Notes under the pieces: generated by a model | Seen by the model: only the letters and a program-made list of their open reading frames with translations | Database searches by the model: none | What the model was told of the DNA's origin: nothing | Part shown: in pieces, positions 29,401 through 39,535 of the stretch | How positions within the stretch are numbered: the stretch's first letter is position 1 | How the letters are laid out: each line of letters starts with the position of its first letter | Position numbers and translations under genes: made by a program | DNA from: Terriglobia bacterium | GTDB lineage: Bacteria > Acidobacteriota > Terriglobia > 20CM-2-55-15 | Length of the DNA: 64,000 nt | Assembly (NCBI GenBank): GCA_965218585.1 | Contig: CBDCLE010000005.1 | Location: 32,001-96,000, forward strand | Direction: 5' to 3'

Positions 29401-29710
29401 CTACGCCCTGGCAGCAGAAGCGCTGCTTGGAAAAACCGTCGCTGCATCCGAACTCTCGTTCTGCACTCAACGAGGTGATTTTAGTCGTGTGGAAGTGGAA
29501 GTGAACGACGGTTCACGAAGCGACATCGATCAGACAGTTCGATTGATCGAGAAGTCCATTGAGGATGGATTCTTCCCTGCCGCTCCACGACCCGGAGCCT
29601 GCAACTACTGCGACTATCGGCTCATATGCGGCCCTTATGAAGAACTGCGCACGGGGAGAAAGAAGAAGGACCGTCTGGAGCAACTCAATAAACTGCGGCA
29701 GATGCCATGA
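26450..29710 (+). CDS. addB: AddB/RexB-like subunit: inactive helicase domain plus PD-(D/E)XK nuclease with Fe-S staple
   Basis: NDVAILLRN, SPTALQQFAACPYRF, RGSLFH, LRGSIDLIE...IVDHKTG, QPMLYA and CNYCDYRLIC. Start is uncertain (26390 or 26450). Confidence 0.8.
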   Translation: MHRLATSPLAEARLRFARDALNKLGSFPEVVILTPTRAAGDDFVRTYGPKPGRGGLHRLTLPQLALELGVWALADRGLTPVSGVAIEALIARTAYLSTRQNPLDYFEPVSDTVGFVRALGRTISELRLEGVSPEQVEHLGPSGNDLATLLRRYEAELEEGRLADAQTIYSAALDGLSSGASPLGTCPVILIDVGLRTGAETSFVSGLASHSPEIIAVGLPQAGDGLERLEMAIGVKHEVLPEEATDQALSRVRRYAFQTETPPETESDSSVVFFSATDEGRESIEIARLIQIASADHAVRFNDVAILLRNPNTYQPLVEDALGRAGIPAYYTRGSRRPNPSGRAFLALLSCRVEGLSASRFAEYLSLGQVPIPDKKGAPPEVEVRWTPPQGELFSTADPTLVSLIDDAKESVPATEDSPVVAGSLQAPFNWERLLVDAAVIGGYDRWSKRLGRLEKELTKQIEEITGEEEVRREYIEKQRTRLTHLTRFALPVVDLLDNLPQTAHWKEWLDALDNLAARTLRHPTHVLAVLAELRPMGEVGPVTVDEVVQVLTARLSFLRDEPLDRRYGKVFVATISEAAGRKFDHVFLPGVSEGVFPRKALEDPLLLDEFRRELDSPLQTEDDRVREERFLLHIAAGAAVKRLFVSYPRMDVGQGRGRVPSFYALDVLRAAEGRIPDLGELERRARETAMSRLGWPSPNDPSDAVDDAEYDLATIGALGHQPRAKLLGRGRYLLDTNPALARSLRARARRWRNFWSEVDGVIDPDSETLAALTPHHTRNRSYSPTALQQFAACPYRFLLYAIHRLHPREEAATIEQLDPLTRGSLFHAVQFRLLSTLREDGLLPVVPRNLQAVRSVADRILNEAAAEYQEDLAPAIVRIWNSEIEDLRTDLGGWLGQRSQMDQEWVPTYFEFAFGLSRDQERDPASRDEAVNILDGVRLRGSIDLIEEHDTNGFLRIVDHKTGRALSGNIVSTGAGEILQPMLYALAAEALLGKTVAASELSFCTQRGDFSRVEVEVNDGSRSDIDQTVRLIEKSIEDGFFPAAPRPGACNYCDYRLICGPYEELRTGRKKKDRLEQLNKLRQMP

Positions 29711-32700
29711 CACGCGAATCACAATCCACCGACGGGGAGGCCCGAACCCGCATACGAACCTCTCTTGACGAGAATCTGATTGTCGAAGCTGCTGCCGGCA
29801 CCGGCAAAACGTCGGAACTCGTACGCCGAATCGTTGCCGTTCTCGAAAACGGTAAGACCACTGTGGATCGAATTGTCGCCGTTACCTTCACCCGAAAAGC
29901 AGCCGGCGAACTGAAGCTCCGACTGAGGCAAGAACTGGACAAAAGACGCTTTGACAACAGGAACCCTCGGGAAAAGGGACGTCTCGAAGATGCCATGGTG
30001 CGGTTGGAAGAAGCACACATCGGAACGATTCACTCCTTCTGCGCCGATATTCTTCGCGAACGGCCGGTCGAAGCCAATATCCAGCCGGGCTTTGAGGAAC
30101 TCGATGAAAAGGAATCGCCTCGACTCTTTAAAAAAGTCTTCGATCGATGGGCCCAGGAAGTCATGGACGACCCACCGCCGGGAATACGACGGGCCCTGGG
30201 GCGGGCCGCCACCTGGAATTCAAAACGGACACCGCTCGAACAGGTCCGGAGTGCGGCATGGCGACTGGTCGAATGGCGTGATTTCCCTGCATCCTGGCGC
30301 CGTGAATCGATGGAGCGAGAGAAGGAGATCGACCGAATCGTCAATCAAGTCATCGAAGTCGCCACTATGGCCTCAACATGTCCCAATCCTCGGGACGCTC
30401 TGCGAGTAGCGTTGAACAGTACGGTCGACTTCAGAAACCATATAGATCGAACCGAGGCCGTGCGGAGCCGCGATTACGACGACCTTGAAGCGATCGTCGT
30501 CCGACTCTCGGGCGATCTGACTCGTAATAAGCGAAAGGGCCGGGGGAAATTCTCCGAAGCCCACTCGCGGGTTGAAGTTCTGGAGAAACGCGAAACGTTG
30601 CGGCAGGCGCTCGAGGATTTCAAGACTCGGGCGGACGCCGACCTGGCCGCGCTTTTGCGCGACGAACTCTGGACACTGGTCGATCGTTATGACACCGCGA
30701 AACTGAGCGCTGGAAAGCTGGATTTCGTCGACCTCCTGATTTCCACGCGCAACATGGTTCGAGACAACCCTGCAGTTCGCAACTTTCTCCAGCAACGCTT
30801 CACGCATATTTTCGTCGACGAGTTTCAGGACACCGATCCGCTCCAGGCAGAGATTCTCCTCCTGCTCGCTGCCCACGACCCGAACACGACAGACTGGACG
30901 CGTGTCACGCCGGTTGAGGGGAAACTCTTCCTGGTCGGAGATCCGAAGCAGTCGATCTATCGATTTCGGAGGGCTGACGTAGCACTCTACGGTGCACTGT
31001 GTGAACGACTGACGGCTGAAGGCGTAAGCGTGATCTATCTGACACGCAGCTTCCGGGCAGTCGGAAACATCCAGTGCCTGGTGAATGTCGCCTTCGAGGA
31101 AGAAATGAACGGCGACCCCAGAACAGGCCAACCCTCTTACATACCGCTGGAGGAACACTCCGGCCCCATTGCTGGGCACCAGCCGTACTCCTACGGGTGG
31201 AACGGGTCACCAAAAAGGCCGTCAACAAGTCTCTGCCGTCAGCTGTCGGAGCGTTCGTTCAATGGTTGCTTGAAGAGAGCGGTTGGCGCGTGCGTGATCC
31301 CCTCCGAGAGAATTCCGAAGTCCCGATAGATTCCCGGCATGTATGCGTTTTATTTCGAAGATTCATGTCGTGGGGAGAGGACATCACCCGCAGTTATGTG
31401 AACGCCTTCGAAACACGGAACGTTCCCCATCTTCTGTGGGGAGCCCGCTCCTTTCATCAACGTGAAGAAGTCGAGACGATCCGAGCGGCATTGACGGCCA
31501 TCGAGTGGCCCGACGACGAACTTTCTGTCTACGCCACACTCAAAGGCTCGCTCTTTGCCATTACGGATGCGCTCCTGGTTCGTTACCGGCATGAAGTCGG
31601 CCATCTTCGTCCCGTCCGTCGCCCTTCGGGCGACACCGACCCGATATTCGATCCGGTAAACGAAGCGCTCGATACACTGGCAGATCTCCACAAGAAACGT
31701 AACTGGCAGCCCTTTGTCGAAACCATCAATGAGTTGCTGGAGGCGACTCGGGCACACGCGGGGTTCGCGCTCCGTCCCGCCGGAAACCAGGTCCTGGCCA
31801 ATGTATATCGCGTCGCCGATCTGGCGCGAGCGTTCGAAGCCCGGGGAGGCGCCTCATTTCGAGGTTTCGTAGATCAACTGACAGTCGAGGCACAGACTGA
31901 AGACGCCGCAGAGTCCCCCGTACTGGAAGAAGGCGCCGAGGGCGTACGCATCATGACAGTGCATGCAGCCAAAGGTCTCGAGTTTCCTGTCGTCATCCTT
32001 GCCGACATCACAGCGAACCTTGCTGGCGCAACACCGGACAAACACGTGGATCCGGAAAAAGGACTCTGTGCCATGCGAATTCTGGGATGTTCGCCCTGGG
32101 AACTTTCCGACCACCAGGACAGAGAACATCTGCGCGACCAAGCCGAGGGAGTACGCATTGCTTACGTCGCCGCGACGCGCGCACGTGACCTGCTTGTCGT
32201 CCCTTCTGTAGGGGATGGTCCGATGGCCGGATGGGTAGGATCCCTGAACAGGGCGTTATATCCCATTCCCGGCAGCGAGCGGAACTCCATCCCTGCCCCC
32301 GGCTGCCCCGAATTTGGGGAAAGCTCGGTCATCGACCGTCCGGGAGCGCTCATGGGCCAGGACGAATCGTCCCTGCGGCCGGGACTCCACCATCTTGGAC
32401 CGGATACGCGCGAGGTGGTCTGGTGGGATCCCCACCATCTGAGACTGGATGTTGCCGGCAACTTTGGCATTCGCCAGGAAGACATATTGACCGAAGATGA
32501 GGACCGTGTCGAATCGGAACGTTCGATCCGGCAGTATGCCCGGTGGCAGGAACGCCGCAGCAACCTCCTCGATTTCGGATCCAGGCAGGAAATGGAAGTC
32601 TTCACCGCGACCGAAGCTCAACGAGTCCCCGGAGGTATCCTTCCAGAAATCGAAGTCATGCATGTTGAAAGAGAACAACAACGCCCAACCGGCACCCGCT

Positions 32701-33116
32701 TTGGAAGCCTCGTTCACCTCGTGTTGCGAGACGTGAGGGTCGAAGCCGACGAGGACTCGATCGGCAAACTGGCGGCCTTCCATGCGCGCGGCCTTGACGC
32801 GACTCCCGAAGAAGTCACCGCTGCCGTCACGAGTGTCTCGAGAACCCTGGCACATCCGTTGATGGAACGATTCAGATCAGCCGGGGAGGCTCACAGGGAG
32901 TTCCCTGTAACCGTGAGGACTGACGAAGGCGCTATTCTGGAGAGCGTGATCGACATGACGTTCTGTGAAAACGACACCTGGCACGTCATCGACTTTAAAA
33001 CCGATGCGGATATAAAGATAAACCTCGAGGAGTATCGGACACAGGTCAGTTGGTACGTCTGGGCCATGAACCGTGTCACCGGCCGCCCGGCCCAGGGATA
33101 CCTTCTGGGCGTCTGA
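29707..33116 (+). CDS. addA: AddA/RexA-like UvrD helicase-nuclease, split by a frameshift near 31170-31205
   Basis: EAAAGTGKT, VTFTRKAA, TIHSFC, VDEFQDT and VGDPKQSIYRFR in ORF 29707..31329. MTVHAAKGLEF, YVAATRARD and IDFKTD in ORF 31074..33116. Confidence 0.85.
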
Positions 33117-33173
33117 GAAAGAATCTTTGCGTTCCTCGAACTGCGATAAGATCCCCTCGATAGGAGCAGAGCG

Positions 33174-34097
33174 CTGTCATACGAAGAATCACTGGAAAAG
33201 GTCAAACGGCTCTGGGGAGAACAGGCCGGCACGTGGACTCTCGATGGAGGGGCACACTGGCTCGAGCACCCTAGGGTCCAGGCCCGCATCAACGAGAAGA
33301 TCACTGGCCGGGAAAACTCGGAACGCTACCACCACTTCGTCTATGAAGATCTCCAAGGCAATGTGCCGGTAGGGCGGGCTCTGACCATCGGATGCGGCGC
33401 CGGCGATCTTGAACGGGGATTGACTCAATGCAATTTCTGCCTGCGGCACGACGCGCTCGACGTTTCCGAAGGCGCCATCGAAAAAGCCCGGGCACTTGCC
33501 GAGGACGAGGGTTACACGCACATAAGGTATCAGGTGTCCGACCTCAATAGAGTGTCGCTGGAAGCCAATGCTTACGATGTCGTCTTTGGCATCTCTTCGA
33601 TTCACCACATCGCCGAACTTGAAACGCTCTACGAGAAAGTCCATCAAGCTCTCAAGCCGAACGGCTACTTTTACATGGATGAATTTGTCGGGCCTTCTCA
33701 ATTTCAGTGGCCCGACCAGCAGATCGAAGGAATCAACGCAATGCTCACCGAGATACCTGAGCGCCTCAGGGTAAGCCGTTCGGATGGAAAAAGTATTCGG
33801 AGTTCGGTCATACGTCCGACGATTGACGAAATGAACGCCGTGGATCCATCCGAAGCGATCCGGTCGGGCGAAATTATTCCGCTGCTGTCAGAACGTTTCC
33901 CCGACTTCATTCTGCGTGGCTACGGAGGCAACATCCTGCATCTGCTGCTGGAAGACATTGCCGGCAATTTCGTCGAGACCGACACCGAATCCATCGAATG
34001 GCTGGAACGTATCTTTGCTTACGAGGACGACTGGCTTCTCAAAGAGGACGTCGTAGACGATTTCACCGTGATCGTAGCTCAAAAGTTGGCTAAATGA
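33174..34097 (+). CDS. Class I SAM-dependent methyltransferase, probably CTG-initiated
   Basis: LTIGCGAG, LDVSEGAI, SIHHI and LKPNG. The frame is open from the TAA at 33147, and SD AGGAG (33162) lies 7 nt before CTG 33174. Confidence 0.8.
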   Translation: MSYEESLEKVKRLWGEQAGTWTLDGGAHWLEHPRVQARINEKITGRENSERYHHFVYEDLQGNVPVGRALTIGCGAGDLERGLTQCNFCLRHDALDVSEGAIEKARALAEDEGYTHIRYQVSDLNRVSLEANAYDVVFGISSIHHIAELETLYEKVHQALKPNGYFYMDEFVGPSQFQWPDQQIEGINAMLTEIPERLRVSRSDGKSIRSSVIRPTIDEMNAVDPSEAIRSGEIIPLLSERFPDFILRGYGGNILHLLLEDIAGNFVETDTESIEWLERIFAYEDDWLLKEDVVDDFTVIVAQKLAK

Positions 34098-35439
34098 TAC
34101 CCAGCGCGTTCAGGAAGATCAGGACAATCGCTACCGGAACGACAAACTTCAGCAAGAACAGCCAGGCCTTGTAAAAGAGCTGCAGCTTGCTGCCTTCCAG
34201 GAATTCCCGATGACGAATCGCGTCATCGAGACGCCATGCAGTGAAGATCGAAATGCCCAAACCACCCAGAGGCAGGATCCAGTTCGATGCGAGGTAATCG
34301 GCTGTGTCAAACCAGTTTCGTCCAAACACTTCGGTAAACGACTCGCCAAAAAGTGCCGTACCGCCGCTCAGGCCCGAGGGTATCCCGACCAACGCAATGA
34401 TCAGCCCGCCGAGCATGACAGCTCTGTGCCGCAGCCATCCCTTCTCGTCGATGAGGTACGACACCGCGACTTCGAGCAGTGAGATCGAACTGGTCAGCGC
34501 CGCGAAAAACAGCAGCACGAAAAACAAGGACGAGAAGAACGTACCCGCCCCCATCTGACTTAAAGCGATCGGCATGCTCACGAATACGAGACCGGGACCT
34601 TCACCGGGCTCCAGGCCGAAAGTGAAGATGATCGGAAACAGGACCATGCACGCCATCAGGGCGATGAGCGTATCCAGACCGGAAATTAGGACCGATGCCG
34701 ACACGATGTCGTCATCCCGTTTGAGGTAACTGCCGTAGGTCAGCATCGCCCCCATCCCGATACTCAAAGTAAAAAACGAGTGCCCCAGAGCTTCCAATAC
34801 ACCCGCCGCCGTCAGGTTTTCGGTGTGGAATCCGAAGATGAAATCCGTGGCTTCAGCGAAACCTTCCATCGTGAACGAGTTCACGAGAAGAATGACCATG
34901 AACCCGAACAGGATCGGCATCAATATCCGCGCCCACCGCTCAATACCTTTGCGGACGCCTCCCCACACCGCGCCGACCGTGATCGTCATGAAGAGCAGGT
35001 GCCAGAAAAGATTCAGTTCGTTCGACGTAAACAACGCATCGAACGCCGGCCCAACCCCTTCCGGACCGAGACCGACTATCTGTCCTGTCAGCGATAGGTA
35101 GGCGTAGTGCATCGCCCAGCCGGCGACAATGCTGTAGTAGGAAAGGATGATAAAAGCACCCGCAACACACAGCCATCCCATCGAAACCCAGCGTCCGCCA
35201 CCGAGTTGCCTAAAGGCGCCAACGGGGGATTTCTGGCTCGCCCGCCCCAGCAATACCTCGGCCGTCATCACTGGTAGTCCGACCAGAGCGATACAGGCCA
35301 GGTAAACCAGAACAAACGCGCCACCGCCATTGACCCCGGTGATGTAGGGAAACTTCCAGACGTTGCCGAGCCCGATCGCCGCCCCGGATGCTGCCAACAC
35401 GAATCCGATTCTTGATCCCCAGTGTCCTCTGTCCTCCAA
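34090..35439 (-). CDS. Sodium-dependent transporter, NSS/SNF family (LeuT/MhsT-like)
   Basis: WGSRIGFVLAASGAAIGLGNVWKFPY, NGGGAF, FFTLSIGMG and GPGLVF, with about 11 TM segments. Confidence 0.93.
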   Translation of the reverse strand: MEDRGHWGSRIGFVLAASGAAIGLGNVWKFPYITGVNGGGAFVLVYLACIALVGLPVMTAEVLLGRASQKSPVGAFRQLGGGRWVSMGWLCVAGAFIILSYYSIVAGWAMHYAYLSLTGQIVGLGPEGVGPAFDALFTSNELNLFWHLLFMTITVGAVWGGVRKGIERWARILMPILFGFMVILLVNSFTMEGFAEATDFIFGFHTENLTAAGVLEALGHSFFTLSIGMGAMLTYGSYLKRDDDIVSASVLISGLDTLIALMACMVLFPIIFTFGLEPGEGPGLVFVSMPIALSQMGAGTFFSSLFFVLLFFAALTSSISLLEVAVSYLIDEKGWLRHRAVMLGGLIIALVGIPSGLSGGTALFGESFTEVFGRNWFDTADYLASNWILPLGGLGISIFTAWRLDDAIRHREFLEGSKLQLFYKAWLFLLKFVVPVAIVLIFLNALGII

Positions 35440-35516
35440 GACAACCTCCTCTTTTTCGCCCGCTCGATTGGATGGCTGCTATGGTAACATTCCCGCGCCA
35501 ACAGCGAAAAAATGGG

Positions 35517-35612
35517 GCAAAAAGTGGGGACAGGTCACTCTTTTTGATTTTGAACAATGGTGCCAGTGAAGTTTCGCCTATGCAAAAAGAGTGACCTGTT
35601 CCCACTTTTTGC
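35517..35612. repeat. 30-bp inverted repeat with 36-bp spacer (GGGGACAG-type REP-like/MITE-like element)
   Basis: GCAAAAAGTGGGGACAGGTCACTCTTTTTG (35517-35546) matches its reverse complement at 35583-35612 with one mismatch. Confidence 0.85.
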
Positions 35613-35630
35613 GCAGCCGAGAGGTCTCAG

Positions 35631-36098
35631 ATGAGCGCAGAGAAAGAACAAGCGGCAAGAGCAGAGGGTAGCAGTGAAGCACGTGTCGTCATGGTTCGGA
35701 GTACGGACACCGGACTGGCACAGGAAATCATCGTGGGACCGCACCGCCTGTCGGCGGACGAACCCGACCCGCCCGGTACCGATACCGGCCCGACTCCTTA
35801 TCAACTCCTCAGTGCTGCACTCGGAGCCTGCACGTCCATCACGCTCAGGGCCTATGCCAGCAGGAAAGAATGGCCGCTGGAAAGTGTGACTATCGTACTG
35901 ACCCATGGAAAGATTCATGCCAAAGACTGCGCCGAGTGCGAAACCAAGGAAGGCAGAGTAGATCGTATCGAACGCGCCATAGAACTGGGTGGGCCTTTAA
36001 GCGACCAGCAACGCGAACGATTATTGGAAATCGCGAAAAAATGTCCCGTTTACCGCACGCTAACGTCTGAAATCAACATCCGAAGTCGGCTCGTTTAA
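35631..36098 (+). CDS. OsmC/YhfA family protein
   Basis: ADEP...[27 protein letters not shown] and [15 protein letters not shown]. Confidence 0.9.
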   Translation: MSAEKEQAARAEGSSEARVVMVRSTDTGLAQEIIVGPHRLSADEPDPPGTDTGPTPYQLLSAALGACTSITLRAYASRKEWPLESVTIVLTHGKIHAKDCAECETKEGRVDRIERAIELGGPLSDQQRERLLEIAKKCPVYRTLTSEINIRSRLV

Positions 36099-36128
36099 AC
36101 GAAAGCGATCCCGATCTATTTCAACACG

Positions 36129-36836
36129 CTATTTCAGCTCCACGGTGGCCTGGACAACTCCAGCTCCGGTTGTCTGCATGTAGCGAAGCAACGTGTAGAG
36201 GAAGAGCAGGGCGCCGGCCATTTCCAATCCTTCTTCCACCGCCGTAATGAGGTTGTAGCTCAAGGTATCAGCATCAATCGGAGCCCCCACCAATTCCATC
36301 CCGACCGCACCGCCGACATAGAGAACACCCGATACAAGAAACAGCATCCCGGTACCGGATGGAAGCTTGCACAGAAATTGGACGAAAGACAGTCCGATTC
36401 CAACAGCCAGAATTCCACCAGGAATGGCCCAGTTCGTATCGATAAGCGAGTTGACTGTCTCGTGGATACCGGCTATCTCGTCCAAAGAAAGCAAGAGGAA
36501 GCCGAAAGCCAATGCATACCAGTGAACCAGCCAGGAGTCGTTGTCGGACCGTTTCCGCCGCGCGCAAAGCCAGACGCACACCGCAACGATCGACAACAGG
36601 AATCCGGAAAACCACGTCGGAAGATTGTTTTCTTCGTCGACGTCGAAAAGCTGGCGCCAGGGCAACCACGGCAGTTCTTCGATCTGGTAGTGGTATATCG
36701 TCAACCCGACGTGGCAGGAAAGAAGTAGTACGATGATGACGGACAGGCCGAGGATCAGCCGTTTGGGAGCCAGCGTTACGCCATAGAGGTTCGGACCCGA
36801 CGAATCCGACCCGCCGGAGTGAGGGCCCTTTGCCAT
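36129..36836 (-). CDS. Integral membrane protein of unknown function
   Basis: About 6 TM segments with conserved-looking EENNLPTWFS, LSLDEIAGIHE and VEEGLEM motifs. Confidence 0.7.
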   Translation of the reverse strand: MAKGPHSGGSDSSGPNLYGVTLAPKRLILGLSVIIVLLLSCHVGLTIYHYQIEELPWLPWRQLFDVDEENNLPTWFSGFLLSIVAVCVWLCARRKRSDNDSWLVHWYALAFGFLLLSLDEIAGIHETVNSLIDTNWAIPGGILAVGIGLSFVQFLCKLPSGTGMLFLVSGVLYVGGAVGMELVGAPIDADTLSYNLITAVEEGLEMAGALLFLYTLLRYMQTTGAGVVQATVELK

Positions 36837-36845
36837 CGCATCCCC

Positions 36846-38126
36846 CTAACGACCTTCGGCAGGCTCCTCCTGCAGGGTTGAAGGCATTTTCTCGTCCTCG
36901 GACGCCTCTCTTTCAGGCATCACATCATTAACTTGAAGAGAGAGAATCACTACGATCCCAGCATACACAGTACCGGCGAAGAATGGAACGGTGCGGCCGA
37001 TCTGTTGAAACAGCATCGTGGAGATCAAGGGCGAGATCGTGCGTGACATTCCTGCGAAGGCCTGGGCGGTTCCCATAGTCGTTCCCAGTTCGGATTTTTC
37101 TGCCGATCGCGAAGTGAGAGCGGTTGTCGAGGGAAACATGAGTGCGGTACCGACCGTGATGAGAGACATCAGCGCCAACATCATCCAAAGGTTGCCTGTA
37201 AACGCCACGCTGAGGAATCCGATCAGAAGACTCGATGCGCCGATCCGCATCGTCCATGTCTCTCCAAAGCGGCCGACAATGGGACCGAGCAATAACGACC
37301 GCATTACGACCGACAGGCACCCCGTATACAGGAAGATGTAGCCGATATTTCTCTCGTTTATCGAAAACTCGAAACCCATGTACAAAGCGAGGATCGAAGT
37401 GAACGATGAAAACGCCAGCATCCCGAGCCCGTAGATCCAGACAAGGCGGGAGATTGTACGCGTCGGGTGACGCACAACAGTCCACGCGGTGTGCCAGACA
37501 GGTTGTCTCTTCTTGGTCCGGCTCTGGTCATCGACTTTTGACGATTCGGCGAGCCAACCCCACGCAAAGATGATGTTCACCAGGCACAGCCCGGCGGCGA
37601 CCAGTCCGGGAGCCATCTGTCCCCAGTACGCTGCGGTCGATCCAATGACCGGACCGATCATCACGCCTGCCGAGGTCGCCGCTGAAAGCCATCCCAATGA
37701 CCGGGTCCGATCCTCGGGAGGCACCAAATCGGCAACGTAGGCGTGTATAACACCGGTGGTCCCGCCGCCTGCACCTTGAATGATGCGGGAGGACAACAAC
37801 AGCCAGAACGAATTCGCGAAGCCGAAGACGACGTATGAAATCGCCGACGCAGTCAATCCGATCAACATGGCAGGGCGGCGGCCGTAACGATCGGAAACGC
37901 GCCCCCAAAGAGGCGCAGACATCAGCTGCGCCATCGAAAAGGAGGCGATGATGAAACCGATCAGTTGCGGAGAGATGTCCAGATTCAGGGCATAGAACGG
38001 GAGCAGCGGCAGGATCATCGCAAAGCCGAGCATATCGACGAACGCCACCGCAATCAGAACGGACAGACTCCGGAACTGAGCCGATTTAGAAGATTTCGCT
38101 GTCTCTGTTTTCACTGAATCAGACAA
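36846..38126 (-). CDS. MFS transporter (TetA/DHA1-like)
   Basis: Motif A GRVSDRYGRRP, FVDMLGFAMILPLLP and GPVIG, with 12 TM segments. Confidence 0.9.
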   Translation of the reverse strand: MSDSVKTETAKSSKSAQFRSLSVLIAVAFVDMLGFAMILPLLPFYALNLDISPQLIGFIIASFSMAQLMSAPLWGRVSDRYGRRPAMLIGLTASAISYVVFGFANSFWLLLSSRIIQGAGGGTTGVIHAYVADLVPPEDRTRSLGWLSAATSAGVMIGPVIGSTAAYWGQMAPGLVAAGLCLVNIIFAWGWLAESSKVDDQSRTKKRQPVWHTAWTVVRHPTRTISRLVWIYGLGMLAFSSFTSILALYMGFEFSINERNIGYIFLYTGCLSVVMRSLLLGPIVGRFGETWTMRIGASSLLIGFLSVAFTGNLWMMLALMSLITVGTALMFPSTTALTSRSAEKSELGTTMGTAQAFAGMSRTISPLISTMLFQQIGRTVPFFAGTVYAGIVVILSLQVNDVMPEREASEDEKMPSTLQEEPAEGR

Positions 38127-38158
38127 GAGGAACTAAGGCAGTCCGTGACGGCGGTTTG

Positions 38159-39337
38159 CTATCCACCGGATACCAACACCTCCGCCTCAATGCCCGGCGG
38201 TGTTGCTTCATCCGTATTGTCCAGGTATCCGTCGGGTAGGGCCACCTTCTGCCGGCCGTTGCGCTTGCCTCTCCTCATGCGCATGGCCGCCCTTGGAAAC
38301 GGCTGATCTCTGTCAACATCCCTGAAAAGTGCTTCGAACTCCTCAAACGTCTTCACCTGGACCATTCGAGCTCTCACCGAGGAGCTCAGACTGAAACCCT
38401 TCGTATACCAGGTGGCGTGGCGGCGGAAGGCCGACATCGCTGTTCTCTCCCCGAACCAATCCACGAGGCGTGCGGCATGCGTGAACATGACGTCGAGGAC
38501 TGCGCCGAAGTCGGGAGGATCGGCCGGCTCGTGTCCGTCGAAGACGTCAGCGAGGTCCCGGAAGAGCCACGGACGTCCCAGACAACCCCTGCCAACAATC
38601 ACACCGTCACATCGGGTCTGGCGCATCAGGCGAAGGGCATCTTCGGCTTCCCAGACATCCCCGTTGCCGAGAACCGGGATGCTCACCTTTGATTTAAGAT
38701 CTCCTATCGCGTCCCACTGAGCTGTACCATGATAGAGATCCGCAGCTGTTCGGGCATGGAGGCCGACTGCGGCACACCCCTCTTCCTGGGCAACCCGACC
38801 AGATTGCAGATACGTCATGTGATCCGGATCGATTCCCAATCGAAACTTGATCGTGACCGGAACGTCCCCTGCTGAGTCAACCCCAGCCCGCACGATGTTG
38901 CCCAGCAGCCGGGGTTTCAGAGGAATCGCGGCCCCCCCGCCCTTCCGGGTGACCTTCCACACCGGACATCCGAAATTCATATCCAGGTGATCGATCCGTC
39001 CTTCCCCAACGAGTCTCTTAACGGCCTCGGATACGTAATAGGGATCTACACCATAGATCTGCAGGCTGCGGGGTGACTCCTCCGGTCCGAAATCGGCAAG
39101 TTTCAGTGTTTTCTCCCGACCGTCGACCAACGGTCGGGCGCTGATCATTTCGCTCACGTACAGGCCGGCGCCGAAACTTCCGCATATGGAACGGAAAGGG
39201 TAGTTGGTCACACCCGCCATTGGAGCCAGAACCACTGGAGGCCAGACCTTGAGAGGTCCGATCGAGAGGGCCTTGAATTCGCCCGCACCCGCCAATGGGA
39301 TCCCCCGGTTCAGCTCACTCTTGTAAGACGGGTGCAT
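38159..39337 (-). CDS. dusB: tRNA-dihydrouridine synthase
   Basis: LAPMAGVT, DMNFGCPV, LHART, GNGDVW and GRGCLGRPW. Start taken at MHPSY. Confidence 0.9.
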   Translation of the reverse strand: MHPSYKSELNRGIPLAGAGEFKALSIGPLKVWPPVVLAPMAGVTNYPFRSICGSFGAGLYVSEMISARPLVDGREKTLKLADFGPEESPRSLQIYGVDPYYVSEAVKRLVGEGRIDHLDMNFGCPVWKVTRKGGGAAIPLKPRLLGNIVRAGVDSAGDVPVTIKFRLGIDPDHMTYLQSGRVAQEEGCAAVGLHARTAADLYHGTAQWDAIGDLKSKVSIPVLGNGDVWEAEDALRLMRQTRCDGVIVGRGCLGRPWLFRDLADVFDGHEPADPPDFGAVLDVMFTHAARLVDWFGERTAMSAFRRHATWYTKGFSLSSSVRARMVQVKTFEEFEALFRDVDRDQPFPRAAMRMRRGKRNGRQKVALPDGYLDNTDEATPPGIEAEVLVSGG

Positions 39338-39535
39338 CGTACTGATATTACACCATCGGACGAGATAAACCCTTCCGCCTGCAGGTCCGCAGCACCCGAG
39401 GCAGGAGCAAAAAGAATTGTCTTTCTTGCCTTGATTCAATCCCGGCCACTATCGACAGGAACAAAATAAGTCGATAGGAAGAGGTGTGCTACGATGAGAC
39501 CTAACGACACTGCACTAACCGAATTAACTGAAACA

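Noticed and set aside
26450-33116. Novel helicase-nuclease anti-phage system or Cas4-like protein
   Set aside because: Size, order and motifs match ordinary AddAB recombination-repair subunits.
39430-39480. Sigma28 promoter upstream of the EAL-HDOD gene
   Set aside because: A GTCGATAG -10-like element is present, but there is no convincing TAAA at the right spacing.
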